Shown here one piece after another: positions 9,376 to 20,984 of a stretch of 64,000 nucleotides of DNA; positions within the stretch are counted from its first letter, which is position 1, and each line of letters begins with the position of its first letter. Under the pieces are notes generated by a model, which was not told the DNA's origin, did no database searches, and worked only from the letters and a program-made list of their open reading frames with translations. A program made the position numbers and the translations under genes. Source of the stretch: Vulcanimicrobiota bacterium (GTDB taxonomy: Bacteria; Vulcanimicrobiota; Vulcanimicrobiia; Eremiobacterales; Eremiobacteraceae); assembly GCA_963805945.1 (NCBI GenBank), contig CAWDVP010000004.1, positions 32,001 through 96,000 of the forward strand, given 5' to 3'.

Positions 9376-11917
9376 TCAGCGGCGGGGGCGGCCGTTCTTG
9401 CGCTGTTCCAGGTCGGCGAACTTCGAGAGCAGCTTCGCGTTCGCGGCGCGCAGCTCGTCGATGTCGAGCCGCAGCCGTTTGACCTCGTCCGATTGCGCGG
9501 TGCTCGAGCGGATGCGCTGCGCCGCTTCGACCGCCATGGTCTTGAGCCGTCCGTCCACGTCGAGCCCGGCGATGCGGTCCAACTCGGGCAGCGCCGCCGT
9601 CGCGCCCAGCGCGCCCAGCGCGTGGATGGCCGCGGTTCGGACGCGCAGCGCCGGGTCGTGCAGCAGATCGACGAGCGCGTCGACGACATCCTTGCGCCGC
9701 TCGCCGAGCTTCCCGAGCGCGTGGACCGCCGCCCGGCGCGCTTCGAGCGGCCGGCCGTAGGCGGTCCATTCGAGCGCGATGGGGATCGCGCGCTCGTCGC
9801 CGAGCGAGCCGAAGCCTGCGAAGACGCCGCAGCGTATCACTTCGTCGAACGATTCTTTGGATAGCGCTTTGCGCAGCAGGTCGAACGCCCGCTTCGACTT
9901 CGTGCGGCCGATGGACGCGGCGGCGGCCTCCTCGACGAAATATGACGGATCGGATGCGAGCAGCGGTTCGAGCGCGCGGCACGCCTCGTCGCCGCGGAAC
10001 TCGCCCAGCGCCGACGCGACCGCGCGGCGCGCTTTCGGATGCGCGACCTTGCGTCCGCGGACCAGCGCCGCGAACGCGGCGTCGGTCTTGATCTGGCCTA
10101 GGGCCGCGGCCGCTTCCGCGCGGACGCCCCAGAACGTGTCGCCCTCGAGCGCGGCGGCGAGCCCCTCGACGACGTCAGGCGCCGCATCGCGCGCGAGCGC
10201 GCGCGCGGCCGCGACGCGTGCGCCGACCTGCGCGGCGTGGCGCAGCTGATGCAGCAGCATCGCGCGCGGCACGTCGAGCTTGACGGTCTTCGGCACGTCG
10301 GCGTTCGGATCGAAGGCGAACGCTTCCGGCCGCGCGGGCAGCGGGAAGCGGAACGATTGCTCGCGCGCGTCGCACAGCTCGCGGCGCGTCTCGCGTTTGC
10401 CGCGCGGCAAGGTGAACTCGAAATCGATGGGGACGGCGAAGAGCGCGGTGGCGTCGTTCGAGCCCTGCGTCTGCTTCACGTCGACGACCGCGGCTTTGGC
10501 CTCTGCATCCCAGCGGTACGCGACGGTGAATTCAGGGTGGCCGGCGCCGAACACCCACTGGTCGAAGAAGCGCGCGAAGTTGACGCCCGCTCGCCTTCTC
10601 GACCGCGCGCGCGAAGTCGACGGTCTCGACGCTGCCCTGCGCGTGCTCGGTCACGTACTGCGTTGATGGCGCGCCACCACAGCTCGTCGCCCAGCTGAGT
10701 GCGCAGCATGTGCAGCACGGCGCCGCCCTTCTCGTAGAGGTGGCGGTCGAACAGATCGGCCGGCTCGAGGTACACGCTTGTGACGATCGGACGCCGATAG
10801 TGCTCGCTGTCCTCGCGCTGATAGGAATCCTGATTGATGATGGCGCGTAGGCGAACTCGTCTTCGCCGTGCTCGTGCTCTTTCCACAGCAGCTCGAAGTA
10901 GGTCGCGAACCCCTCGTTGAGCCAGGCGTGCGCCCAGTCCTTGCAGGTGAGCAGGTCGCCGAACCATTGATGGGCCAGCTCGTGCGCCACGAGCGGCTCG
11001 CTCGAATAGTCCTTATGCGCGCGCGCGTCGTGCAGCGTCGCATCGGTCTGCGTCGTGCACGACGTGTTCTCCATGCCGCCGAAGATGAACTCGCGCACGG
11101 CGATCTCGGCGTACTTCGCGTAGGGATACTTGTAGCCGATGCGCTCGTTGAAGAAGCGCAGCATCTTGGGCGTCTTGCCGAACGAGCGCAGGCCTTCAGC
11201 CTCGCGGCCCGGCTCGACGTACCACGACACCGGCACGCCGTCCGCCATGGTCGTGCGGCCGACGAACTTGCCCGCCACCACGCTGATGAGATAGGTGACG
11301 TGCGGGATGTCCATCTTCCAATGATAGGTCGTGGTCTTGCGCGCCTTGTCCGTCTCGGTCGACACGAGCGCGCCGTTGCTGAGCACGAAGAAGCCGGCAG
11401 GCACGACGGCGATGACCTCGCTCGTCGCCTTCGCGTTGGGATGGTCGACGCACGGGAACCAGTAGTGCGCGTCGGCGTCCTGGCCTTGCGTCCACACCTG
11501 CAGCGGCCGTTTCGGATAGCCTTTGTCCGGTCCGATGAAATAGATGCCTTGCTCGGGCTGGTGCACCTCGTAGTCCACCACGACCGTGGCGGACTTGCCG
11601 GCGGCCAGCCTCGGCAACTCGATGCGCAGCTGATCGCCGACGAGATCGAACGCGACCCGCTTGGCGCCGACGCGGGCGCTCAGGATGCGCATGCGCCCGG
11701 CTTGCAGTTCTAAAGAAGAGAGCGGACCGCCGACCGCGGTCACCGTCGTGGTGCAGCGCCCGTACAAGATCTTGCGCTCGAAATCGAAGGACAGCTCGAG
11801 CTTGATGTGGTCGGTCTGCGCCCGCCGGTCGGGCGCGTAGTGCTGCGTGCTGGGGGGTAGGGCGAACGCGCGGCGCCCGGATCCGTCGGCGGTGCGGCGC
11901 TTGCTGCGAGTGGTCAA
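9376..11917 (-). CDS. M1 family aminopeptidase with C-terminal HEAT repeats (frameshifts near 10580-10850)
   Basis: GGMEN, HELAHQWFG...WLNEGFA, YEKGG; HEAT repeats and coiled-coil tail. Confidence 0.9.
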
Positions 11918-13981
11918 CGTGCGGCCACCGCTTCCTTGCGCTCGGCGGTCACGCTCTGCGTGACCTTCGGCGGAGCGAACTCGAAGTGGTCGTGCTCGGC
12001 GCTGAAATAGCCGAGGCCCTGCGTCGCGGTGCGCAGTTCGGTGAGATAGCGCGGCAGTTCGGCCTGCGGCACGAGCGCGCGCACCACATCCCAGCCGCTG
12101 CGCTCCTCGCTCGCGCCGTAATTGAGGATCTGGCCTCTGTGCCCTGAGACCTGCTGCAACACGGTGCTGGTGAAGTGGGTCGGCACCGTGACCTCCACCT
12201 TCATGATCGGTTCGAGCAACGCCGGCTGGCACTTCGGCAAACCCTCGCGCATCGCGAGCGACGCGGCCGAGCGGAACGAAGCTTCGTTCGAGTCGACGGT
12301 GTGGTACGAGCCGTCGTAGAGCGTGACATGGACGTCGACGACGGGGAAGCCGGCGATCGGCCCCTTTTCGAGCGCCTCGCGCACGCCTTTCTCCACGCCC
12401 GGGAAGAACTGCTTGGGCACGACGCCGCCGACGATGCGCTCGTCGAACTTGATGCCGCCGCCGCGCGTCTGCGGCTGGATCTCGATGTGGACGTCGCCGA
12501 ACATGCCGTGGCCGCCGGTCTGATGTTTGTAGCGGCCCTGTTGCGTCGTCTTGGCGCCGATCGTCTCCCGGTACGGCACGGTCGGCAGATGGGTGTCGAG
12601 CTTGACGCCGTACTTGCGCTGCAGCCGCTCCACCGTCACGCCGAGATGCATCTCGCCGTGGCCGCGCAGCTGGAGCTCTTCGGTGAACGGGGCGCGCTCG
12701 GCGGTGACGCTTGGGTCTTCTTCTTTCATGCGCACGAGCAGCTGCGACAGCTTCGCTTCGTCCGCGCGATCGTGCGGGCGTATGGCCAGCGCGAAGGAGG
12801 CTTTGGCGGCCTGCGGCACCGGCATCTGCGTCTTGGCGTTGCCGGCGCACAGCGTGTCGCCGGTCTGCGTCGAATCCAGACGTGAGATCGCGACGATGCT
12901 GCCCGGCCCCGCGCTCGTCACCGATGTCTGGTTCTTGCCCTGCAGCACGAACAATCCGCCCGGCCGTTCTTTGGATTCCGGACGCCCGGGGTTGAGCAGC
13001 TGCGTGTCGCCTGCGACCGTGCCAGCGAAGATGCGCGTGACCGAGATCTTGCCGCTTTGCGGATGCACGAACGTCTTGCAGACCTGCGCGACGAGCGGCG
13101 CTGCCGGGTTGGGCTCGACCGGTTTGCCCGCCGCGTCGACGCGCGGCGTCAGCAGCGCGTCGGGGAACTGCGTGAGGATCATCTTCAGGAGCTGCGGCAC
13201 GCCCCAGCCGCGCACGCCGGCGGCGACCAGCACGGGCACGATCTTGTCCGCGCTCACGTCCGCTTCGAGGTCGTGCTCGACCTCGTCGACCGGCGGCTCT
13301 TGGCCTTCGAGGATCTCTTCCATGAGATGGTCGTCGAAGTCGGCGAGCGCTTCGAGCAGCTCTTCGTGGGGTTTGTCTGCGAAGTGTTCGGGCAGCGTCG
13401 ACGCGGTCGTCGCGCCACGCGTCGCCATACGCATACGCCTGCAGCGTGACCACGTCGACGTAGCCGGCGAGATTCTCGCCCTGGCCGATCGGCAGCTGTT
13501 CGGCGACGACGTGGTTGCCGAAACGCTGGCGCAGCTGCGCGTAGGTCGCGGGGAAATCCGCGCCGGGCCGGTCGAGCCGGTTGATGACGAAGCAGTGCGG
13601 GATCTTGCGCGACTCGAGGTGATCGACGAGGATCTCGACCTGCGGCACGCGCGCCGGGTCGGCTTCGACCACGATGACCGCCGCGTCGGCGCCGAGCAGC
13701 GCGAGCTTCGTCTCCTCAAAAAAATCGACTGCGCCGGGGCAGTCGATGATGTTGAGGCGTCCGCCGTCCGTCTGCAGGGTCGCGAAACTCGGAGCGACGG
13801 ACATCTGGTGCGCGTGCGATTCGGGATCGTGATCGGTGGTCGCGGTGCCGTCCGTCACCAGCCCTTTGCGCGGTATGGCGCCGGTGTGCGCGAGCAGCGC
13901 CTCGACGAGCGTCGTCTTGCCGCTATGATGCGGTCCGACGAAAGCCACGTTTCTGATACCTGCGGCCGCGGGCGTAGCCAT
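11914..13981 (-). CDS. fusA2: Elongation factor G-like protein (EF-G2), frameshift near 13430
   Basis: GPHHSGKTT, DCPG, NRLD, GEMHL, YRETI, QTGGHG, DGSYHTVDS, LLEPIM. Confidence 0.9.
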
Positions 13982-14005
13982 CTGAGATCACCCCCAGGAG
14001 TGGCG

Positions 14006-14040
14006 GTAGTGCGGTGCCCGAGCGAAGCTCGGGTCCCTAC
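14006..14040 (+). repeat. REP family 2 copy
   Basis: GTAG-TGCG-GTGCCCGAGCGAAGCTCGGG-TCCCTAC. Confidence 0.65.
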
Positions 14041-14143
14041 CGCTCCAGACGAAGAGCGCGAGGAAGGCCCGGCTTCGACGCCGTCGCGGCGCGCCCTGTC
14101 AACCCCCAAAGGGCGCGCCGCCATATTGTTTGAAAAACAGCAT

Positions 14144-14831
14144 ATGCTTGCGACCGCGACGCTGCGCGTCAACGAAACGTTCCTGTCCGTGCAGGGCGAG
14201 GGCAGCGCGATCGGCGCGCCGACGTTCTTCATCCGCTTGGACGGTTGCCCGCTGCGTTGCGCGTGGTGCGATACGCCCTATGCGCTCGCCGGCACTGCGG
14301 GGGTGGAGACGACGCCCGAGCAGCTCGTCGCGCGCAGCGCCGGCGCGCAGCGCATCGTCATCACCGGCGGCGAACCGCTCGCACAGGATATCGGTCCGCT
14401 CACGGCTTCGCTCGCCGGCCGCCATATCACGGTCGAGACCAGCGGCACGATCTTCGCCGATCTTCCCGTCGTCGCGCTCTTCTCGATCAGCCCGAAGGTG
14501 GGCAGTTCGGGGTACACGCCAAAGCCGGCCACGCTGCGCAAGTTCTGCGCGAGCGCCGCGGGCCGCATGCAGCTCAAGTTCGTCATCGCCGACGCGCGCG
14601 ATTATGAAGAAACATTGGCGTGCGTCGACAGAGCCTCGCCGATGCGCTCCCGCCGGCACGCCCATCATCTTGCAGCCGGAGAGCGCGAGCGCCGGCACGG
14701 GCGACGCATACGTCGGCGCGCTGCGCGCGCTGACCGAGAAGACGATCGCCGATGAACGCTGGCAGCGCTACGACGTGCGCGTGCTGCCGCAACTGCATCA
14801 CATGTTGTGGGGCGGAGAGCCCGGCCGATGA
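14144..14831 (+). CDS. queE: 7-carboxy-7-deazaguanine synthase (radical SAM), frameshifted near 14630-14655
   Basis: ETFLSVQGEG, CPLRCAWCDT, ITGGEP, VETSG, SPK, RVLPQLH. Confidence 0.9.
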
Positions 14832-15185
14832 TCTCGATCTCGCTCGTCTGCGATTTCGACGCCGCGCACCGGCTCGTGCTGCCGTACGAATCGCCGTGCA
14901 CGCGGCCGCACGGCCATCGCTATCAGGTGGAGATCGCCGCGTCGGCGCAGCAGCTCGAGCACGGCATGGTGGTGGACTACAACATCCTCAAAGAGGTCGT
15001 CGCCGGCGTACGACCACGTGGACCTCAACGCGCTGCCGGATTTCGCCGAACTGCCGACGACCGCCGAGAACATCGCCGTCGTGCTGGCGCGCAAGCTGCA
15101 GGCCGCCGTCGGGGCGCGCGTGAGCATCGATGAAGTGGTGGTGCGTGAATCGCCGCTGACCGCGGCGCGCTGGAAGAAGGGCTGA
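14828..15185 (+). CDS. queD: 6-carboxy-tetrahydropterin synthase, frameshift near 15008
   Basis: FDAAHRL, CTRPHGHRY, DHVDLN, TTAENIA. Confidence 0.88.
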
Positions 15186-15188
15186 CGG

Positions 15189-15223
15189 AAAAAAGAAAAG
15201 CCCGGGATCTCATATCCCAGGCC
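15189..15223 (-). terminator. Intrinsic terminator of rpoZ
   Basis: Minus strand GCCTGGGAT-ATGAG-ATCCCGGGC-TTTTCTTTTTT. Confidence 0.7.
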
Positions 15224-15242
15224 GCGTGCGCACGGAGCTTGA

Positions 15243-15497
15243 CTACTCTGCTTCTTCTTGTTCCGTCGTTTGCGGGATCTCGGGCTCCGTCGACACTTCG
15301 AGCGTGCCGGCTGCGATTTCCGCGAACGCGCTGCTCACCGCTTTTTCGGGATTGGAGCCGGCGACGGTCGATTCCGCGCCGTTGACGAGCTGTTGCGCGC
15401 GCACGCGCGCGGCGTTGACCAGAAGATACTTGTTGGGGATCCGCTCGACGAGCACGTCGATGTTGCCGAATGCCCTTGAAACGTCTTTCTCTTGCAT
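15243..15497 (-). CDS. rpoZ: RNA polymerase omega subunit
   Basis: IDVLVERIPNKYLLVNAARVRAQQL...AFAEIAAG. Confidence 0.8.
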   Translation of the reverse strand: MQEKDVSRAFGNIDVLVERIPNKYLLVNAARVRAQQLVNGAESTVAGSNPEKAVSSAFAEIAAGTLEVSTEPEIPQTTEQEEAE

Positions 15498-15510
15498 GCT
15501 TTCTTCCTGA

Positions 15511-15533
15511 CCCGAGCTTCGCTCGGGCACTAC
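15511..15533 (-). repeat. REP family 2 copy
   Basis: Minus strand GTAGTGCCCGAGCGAAGCTCGGG. Confidence 0.7.
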
Positions 15534-15671
15534 ATAATGGCTACGTTCGTCGTTGCGGGACGAACGAACCCAATAGTGATATCCGCTTTTCGCTGAATCC
15601 TAAGTATAACAGTACGCAAGTCGCATAACAAGGAGGCTGCAGCGGCAAGCGCGGCAGAAAAGCGAGGCATA

Positions 15672-16191
15672 ATGAAGCTCTTCCTCTCGATAACGGCCCT
15701 CGCCGCGCTCATCCTAATGCTCGATTCGACGCAAGCCCCAGCGATGCACCTCATCTATCCGCCGCCGGTGACGGTCCAAGTGACCGAGCCGGGCCAGCGC
15801 GTGGCGCTCGTCGACATCGATCGGACGCCGGTCGGCGCGGACATCTCGGTCATCGGCTACTACTCGCACAAGTCGGACGAGACCGACGGCGACCTGCAGG
15901 TCTATCTCATCGATCACAAAGGGCAGCTTCATGGTCGCCGAGGCGCCGCATCGCTTCCGCGACATGCGCTTCTTCATCCGCGGCCTGCATTTCCACCGCG
16001 GCGATCTCGTCATCGTGCGCGGCACGCTCACGCGACAGCTCGACAAGCCGACCGACAACTACCCCGCCGGCTGGATGGAGATCAATCCGGTCACCTCGAT
16101 CGCGCACTACCACGGCGAGATCCCGCCCGACCTCCACTACACGCAGGTCACGCGCAGCCTGTTCGGCCACACGAAGGTGGTCGAGAAGTAG
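15672..16191 (+). CDS. Secreted hypothetical protein, possibly OB-fold (frameshift near 15930)
   Basis: Signal peptide; DGDLQVYL...MVAE...VIVRG...WMEINPVTSI pattern. Confidence 0.5.
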
Positions 16192-16193
16192 CG

Positions 16194-16376
16194 ATGGAGG
16201 TCGTCGCGATCCTCGGCGAGCGTCTCTACCACGCGGCGGGCAGCGAATGCCACCGCACATTGGAGAAGGACGGCGCGCAGGTGCTCACCATCACCGCGGC
16301 GCTCGCGCACGAGGTCGGCATGGAGCCATGCGGCGTGTGCATGCTCGGCGCCGAGGAACAGCGGCCTACGCGATAA
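16194..16376 (+). CDS. Small Cys/His metal-binding hypothetical protein
   Basis: YH-x5-C...PCGVC, reminiscent of Ada-type zinc modules. Confidence 0.45.
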   Translation: MEVVAILGERLYHAAGSECHRTLEKDGAQVLTITAALAHEVGMEPCGVCMLGAEEQRPTR

Positions 16377-16777
16377 ACGGCGTGAGCGCCGCGCGCAGAC
16401 CCGTCCGGCAGCTTCTTGCCCTTGAACGTCGCGCGTTCGACGCACACCAGGACGATCGTGCAGTCGGCGACTGCCGCGCCGTCGATCTTCTCGATCGCGA
16501 ACGCGAGTGAGATCGATTTCTCGCCGATGCGCTCGATGCACGCCGACACCCGAAGCTGCTCGCCCAAGCGCGCGGGGGAGCGGAAGACGCAATCGTATTT
16601 CACCCGCGGCAGCCAGCAATCGAAGCGGTCGAAGACCTCGCCGTAGGGGACGCCGGCCGCGCGGAACAGCTCCTCTTCGGCGATCTCGAAGAAGCGCACG
16701 AACGTGCCGAAGTAGACGACGCCGGCGGCGTCGACGTCGCTCCAGCGCACCCGCTCTTCGATCTGGAAGCGGCTCAT
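16366..16777 (-). CDS. Acyl-CoA thioesterase (4HBT/YbgC family)
   Basis: VRWSDVDAAGVVYF, FFEIAE; late frameshift, probable stop 16366-16368. Confidence 0.85.
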
Positions 16778-17217
16778 TTCTTCACCCCGCGCGGATCGAC
16801 GATCATGTACGTCGCGGTGCAGCGCGCGCAGATCGCGCCGCCTTCGATCTCGACGGTCGCGCTGCCGAGCATGAGCGTCTTGCCGCGATGCACGACGTCG
16901 CCGCGCGCGATGATCGGCCCCGCCGTGATCGGCCGGATGAACTGCACGTGCAGGTCAGTGGTCACCATGTCGCGGTCCTCGGGGATGAGCGAGCGCATCG
17001 CCACCGCGACCGCGGCGTCGGCATATGCGGCGACGATGCCGCCCTGCACCGCGCCTTGGTACTGCGTGAACTCTTTCTTGTACGGATAGCGCAGCACCGA
17101 GGTGCCCGGCGCGTGCGCGACGACCTCCATCTCGAAATTGTCGACGATCGGGTTGTCGTAGAACATCCGATGGAGCCGCTCGGGGATCTGGCTCGGGTCG
17201 ATGCCTTTGGCCGGCAT
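16774..17217 (-). CDS. PaaI family thioesterase
   Basis: [29 protein letters not shown]. Confidence 0.85.
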   Translation of the reverse strand: MPAKGIDPSQIPERLHRMFYDNPIVDNFEMEVVAHAPGTSVLRYPYKKEFTQYQGAVQGGIVAAYADAAVAVAMRSLIPEDRDMVTTDLHVQFIRPITAGPIIARGDVVHRGKTLMLGSATVEIEGGAICARCTATYMIVDPRGVKK

Positions 17218-17220
17218 GCG

Positions 17221-18643
17221 CTACGTCTTCGCTGTCGTGCGTGCGTCCGCGCGAGCCGGCTCGAAGCGGGCGGTGAAATGACGCAGCGGCGGCGCCTGCC
17301 ACGCGATGTCGAAGCCTTTGATGTGCTGCCGGCGCGTGTAGACGTCGGCCATGACCTCGATGACGTAGTCGATGTGGCTCTGCGTGTAGGTCCGGCGCGG
17401 GATCGCGAGGCGCACCAGCTCCATCGGCGCGAGCTGCTCCTCGCCGCTCGCATCGGTCTTGCCGAACATGACGCTGCCGATCTCGACCGCGCGGATGCCG
17501 CCCGTGAGATACAGTTCGGCGACGAGCGCCTGGCCGGGGAAGTTGCGTTTGTGGATGTGCGGCAGCAGCGCCGCCGCGTCGACGTAGATCGCGTGGCCGC
17601 CTGGCGGCTGCACGATGGGCACGCCCATCGCGGTGAAATGCCGTCCGAGGTAACCGGTCGATGCGATGCGGTAGCGCAGGTAGTCGTGTCGAGCACCTCG
17701 TGCAGTCCGATCGCGATCGCCTCGAGGTCGCGGCCGGCGAGCCCGCCGTAGGTGGGAAAGCCTTCGGTGAGGATGAGCAGCGTCGCTTCCTGTTTGGCGA
17801 GCGCATCGTCGTTGCTGGCCAAGAAGCCGCCGATGTTGACGAGGCCGTCCTTCTTCGCCGACATGGTGCCGCCGTCGGCGTACGAGAACAGCTCGCGCGC
17901 GATCTCGCGCCACGTCGCGCTCCGCGTAGCCCTCCTCCCGCTCGCGGATGAACCAGCAGTTCTCGGTGAAGCGGCACGCGTCGAGGTACAGCGGCAAGCC
18001 GTGCCGCTTGCAGACCGCGCTCACCGCTTTGATGTTCGCCATCGAGACCGGCTGGCCGCCACCCGAGTTGTTGGTCACGGTGAGCATGACCAGCGGGATG
18101 CGCTTTGCGCCCACCCGCTCGATGAGCGCTTCCAGCGCGGCGACGTCCATGTTGCCTTTGAACGGGCAGCGTGGCGGGCTCCAGGCCTTCGGGAATGGGC
18201 AGGTCCACCGCCTCGGCGCCGACGTGCTCGACGTTGGCGCGCGTGGTGTCGAAATGGGTGTTGTTGGGCACGACGTCGCCCGGCTTGCACACGATGGTGA
18301 ACAGGATGCGCTCGGCGGCGCGGCCCTGGTGCGTCGGCAGGCAGTGCTTGAAGCCGAAGATGTCGCGCACCGTGTCTGCGAAGCGGTAGTACGATGTGGC
18401 GCCGGCGTACGACTCGTCGCCGCGCATGATGCCGGCCCACTGGTTCGCGCTCATCGCGCCCGTGCCGGAGTCGGTGAGCAGGTCGATGATGACGTCTTGC
18501 GCGGGTAGTAGGAACGGGTTGTAGCCCGCCGCCTCGAGCAAGCGCTCGCGCTGGGCACGCGTGGTCATGCGCAGCGGCTCGACCGCCTTGATGCGGAAGG
18601 GCTCGATGATCGTCTTGAAGGTGGTCGGCTTATCGGACGCCAG
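17221..18643 (-). CDS. tnaA: Tryptophanase (several frameshifts; start uncertain)
   Basis: [33 protein letters not shown] lysine in [23 protein letters not shown]. Confidence 0.88.
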
Positions 18644-19058
18644 CGAGCCGTCCCTCTTCGAAATCGATGAGATCGGTGCGCGTCTTGATGTTGACCTTGC
18701 CGGGAGCGATCTTCATGAGATCTTGCTTGAAGTGCGCCCAGCCCTTCTCGTTGGTGGGCAGCCAGTGCGTGATGCGCTCGTTGTGGGCTTTGAGCTCTTC
18801 TTCCGTGAGCGGCTTGCGCGCGGGTTCGAGCGCCTTGAGCACGCCGGCGTCGTCGGGCGCCTGGCGCACCGCCGCGAGGAACTGCTCCGCGTCGACGCCG
18901 AGGGTGGCGAAGAGGTAGCGGTCCATCGAGCAATCGTAGATGTATTCGCCGATCGTGCCTGCGAGCTGCGCCCGGGCTTTGTCTATCGTGCGCGGCACCA
19001 TCGCGATGCCGCCCGCCCGCTCGCGCGGGCTGCGCGGGAAGTCTTTGGTCAGATCCAT
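18630..19058 (-). CDS. DUF5069-like protein
   Basis: MDLTKDFPRSPRE..GG...PRTIDKARA...GEYIYDCSMD...D.IDFEEGR. Confidence 0.75.
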   Translation of the reverse strand: MDLTKDFPRSPRERAGGIAMVPRTIDKARAQLAGTIGEYIYDCSMDRYLFATLGVDAEQFLAAVRQAPDDAGVLKALEPARKPLTEEELKAHNERITHWLPTNEKGWAHFKQDLMKIAPGKVNIKTRTDLIDFEEGRLAGVR

Positions 19059-19133
19059 CGGACGTGCATACTTCGGAAAGATTCCGGCTTCATCCCCCAA
19101 GGAATCGCGCGACCGGCAGACAAGTCTGCGGGC

Positions 19134-19340
19134 GTGATTGCCGACCTCACGATCGCTTTGAGCCATTGCCCGAAGTGCCGCGCGCCCGGACTCGAGCGCA
19201 GGCACTACGTCTATCCCGTGCTCGGCTACGGGGAATTCGAATTCGCCTGCTTCATGTGCGGCCTCACCTTATGGCCGCAGCACGATGAGTCGCCGAAGCA
19301 GAGCTACTATCGCCGTTTGATGGATCGTTTCGCAGGCTAA
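19134..19340 (+). CDS. Small zinc-ribbon protein
   Basis: CPKC...CFMC in a 68-aa ORF filling the intergenic gap. Confidence 0.55.
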   Translation: MIADLTIALSHCPKCRAPGLERRHYVYPVLGYGEFEFACFMCGLTLWPQHDESPKQSYYRRLMDRFAG

Positions 19341-20182
19341 GATCCCGTGCCTTGGTAATGGTCGAGGCCGCGCCGCCAGAACAGATACGCCCCGCAGAAC
19401 CATACCAGCCCCACGATCGGCGTCAGCCAGCCGAAGATCGGATTGATCTGCAGCTCGGCGCCGGCGTGCTGCTGCAGCAGCGTCGACGCCGGGAAATAGT
19501 TCATGAACGCGAACGGGAACACGAACGACAGCGTGAAGCGCACGATGCGATTGTAGATCGAGATCGGGTAACGCGTGAAGTCGTTCTCCAGCGACATCAC
19601 GACCCAGCGCAGCGCCTCGAGACGGATCACCCAGAACGCGATAGTCGCGACCGCGAGCTGTATCGCGAAGTCGATAAGCGCGCCGCCGGTCATCGCTCCG
19701 AGCAGCAGCAGCGCGGTCCACGGCGTCCAGTGCAGATGCACCAGCCACTGCGACGCCGAGAAGAACACGATCGCCACCGCGAGATCGTCGGGCCAGATCT
19801 GCCCGGGCTGCGAGAGGACCTGGAAGAGCGGGTCGAGCGGGCGCACGAGGAAGCGGTCGAACTTGCCCTCGCGGATGTGCTCGCCGACGTCGCCGACGCT
19901 GAAGAACAGCGTGTTGTTGAGCGTGTGCGCGAGCATGTAAAGCGTGTATAGGAAGAAGACTTGCTGCCACGTCCAGCCGTGCATGATGGGAAAGCGATGC
20001 ATGGTCAGCCAGATCGTCATGACCGCCGAGCCGTGCAGCACGAGCGTGAACGCCAGCCACACCCAGAAGTTCGCGCGATACTGCGCCAGCGTCAGAAAAT
20101 TGAGCCGCCAGAACTCCTTGTACATGCGCCAATAAGGCGCTAACCCCGAACCTGGCCGGACGGCGGCGATCGCGCTAGCCAC
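19337..20182 (-). CDS. ABC-2 family permease (DUF990 type)
   Basis: QYRANF, IREGKFDRFLVRPLDPLFQ, YPISIY, YQGTGS end. Confidence 0.9.
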   Translation of the reverse strand: MASAIAAVRPGSGLAPYWRMYKEFWRLNFLTLAQYRANFWVWLAFTLVLHGSAVMTIWLTMHRFPIMHGWTWQQVFFLYTLYMLAHTLNNTLFFSVGDVGEHIREGKFDRFLVRPLDPLFQVLSQPGQIWPDDLAVAIVFFSASQWLVHLHWTPWTALLLLGAMTGGALIDFAIQLAVATIAFWVIRLEALRWVVMSLENDFTRYPISIYNRIVRFTLSFVFPFAFMNYFPASTLLQQHAGAELQINPIFGWLTPIVGLVWFCGAYLFWRRGLDHYQGTGS

Positions 20183-20984
20183 CTTGGATCACCACGCGTC
20201 GTTCGCCGACGCGCCACAGCGCGAGCGCACAGACGCCGAACACGACCGCCCACGCGGCCTGCATCCCAAGCGTCGAAAGCAGCTCGGCACCCTGATACTT
20301 GCCGAGATAGATCGACAGCGGCGCGCTCATGATCGCGGCGAACGGCGAGGCGAGCGCGATCTTCGTCAGCGCTTCAGGGAAGAATTGCAAGGGCACGACC
20401 GCGCCGGACAAGAGCGAGGTGATGAACTGCACCATGATCTGGAAGCCGAAGATCTCCATCGTCCAGAAGGTGATCGTGGCCATGAGCAGATCGAGGAAGT
20501 AGTTGACGATGAACCCGAGCGCCACGCTCACCACGAACGCTCCCGCGTCGAGCAGCGAAGCGGGCGGGCTCAAGTGCGTGCCGGTGAGCGCGAGCAGCCC
20601 CATCGCGATGAGCAGCGACGGCACCATCTGGACCAGCGCGAAGCCCGACTGGCCGACGGTGTCGGCGAAGACGTAGAGCGGCACGCTGATCGGGCGCATC
20701 AGGTCGATCGCGATGTTGCCTTCGCGGATCTTCTCGCGGATGACGTACGCGCCGTTGACGTTGTAGAGCAGGCCGAGCAGCAATGCGAGCGTCGAGTACG
20801 TGATCATGTCCTTGAGCGAGAAGCCCGCCTGCGGACCGTTGGCCGCATAGAGCGCGGACCACAGCGCGAAGTAGAGGTAGACGCGCAGCGCCACCGAGCC
20901 GATGTGCGTGAACACCTCTTCGCGATATGTGGCCTCACGCGAAAAAGCGACTTTCGCGAACTCGATGTAGGCGCCGGGCTTCAT
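20175..20984 (-). CDS. ABC-2 family permease (DUF990 type)
   Basis: IREGNIAIDLMRPIS, LSGAVVPLQFFP, C-terminal IQGG. Confidence 0.9.
   Translation of the reverse strand: MKPGAYIEFAKVAFSREATYREEVFTHIGSVALRVYLYFALWSALYAANGPQAGFSLKDMITYSTLALLLGLLYNVNGAYVIREKIREGNIAIDLMRPISVPLYVFADTVGQSGFALVQMVPSLLIAMGLLALTGTHLSPPASLLDAGAFVVSVALGFIVNYFLDLLMATITFWTMEIFGFQIMVQFITSLLSGAVVPLQFFPEALTKIALASPFAAIMSAPLSIYLGKYQGAELLSTLGMQAAWAVVFGVCALALWRVGERRVVIQGG

Noticed and set aside
10532..13981. 1149-aa ORF suggesting an EF-G/aminopeptidase fusion
   Set aside because: Frameshift artefact; the middle is out-of-frame sequence and EF-G2 has its own stop at 11914-11916
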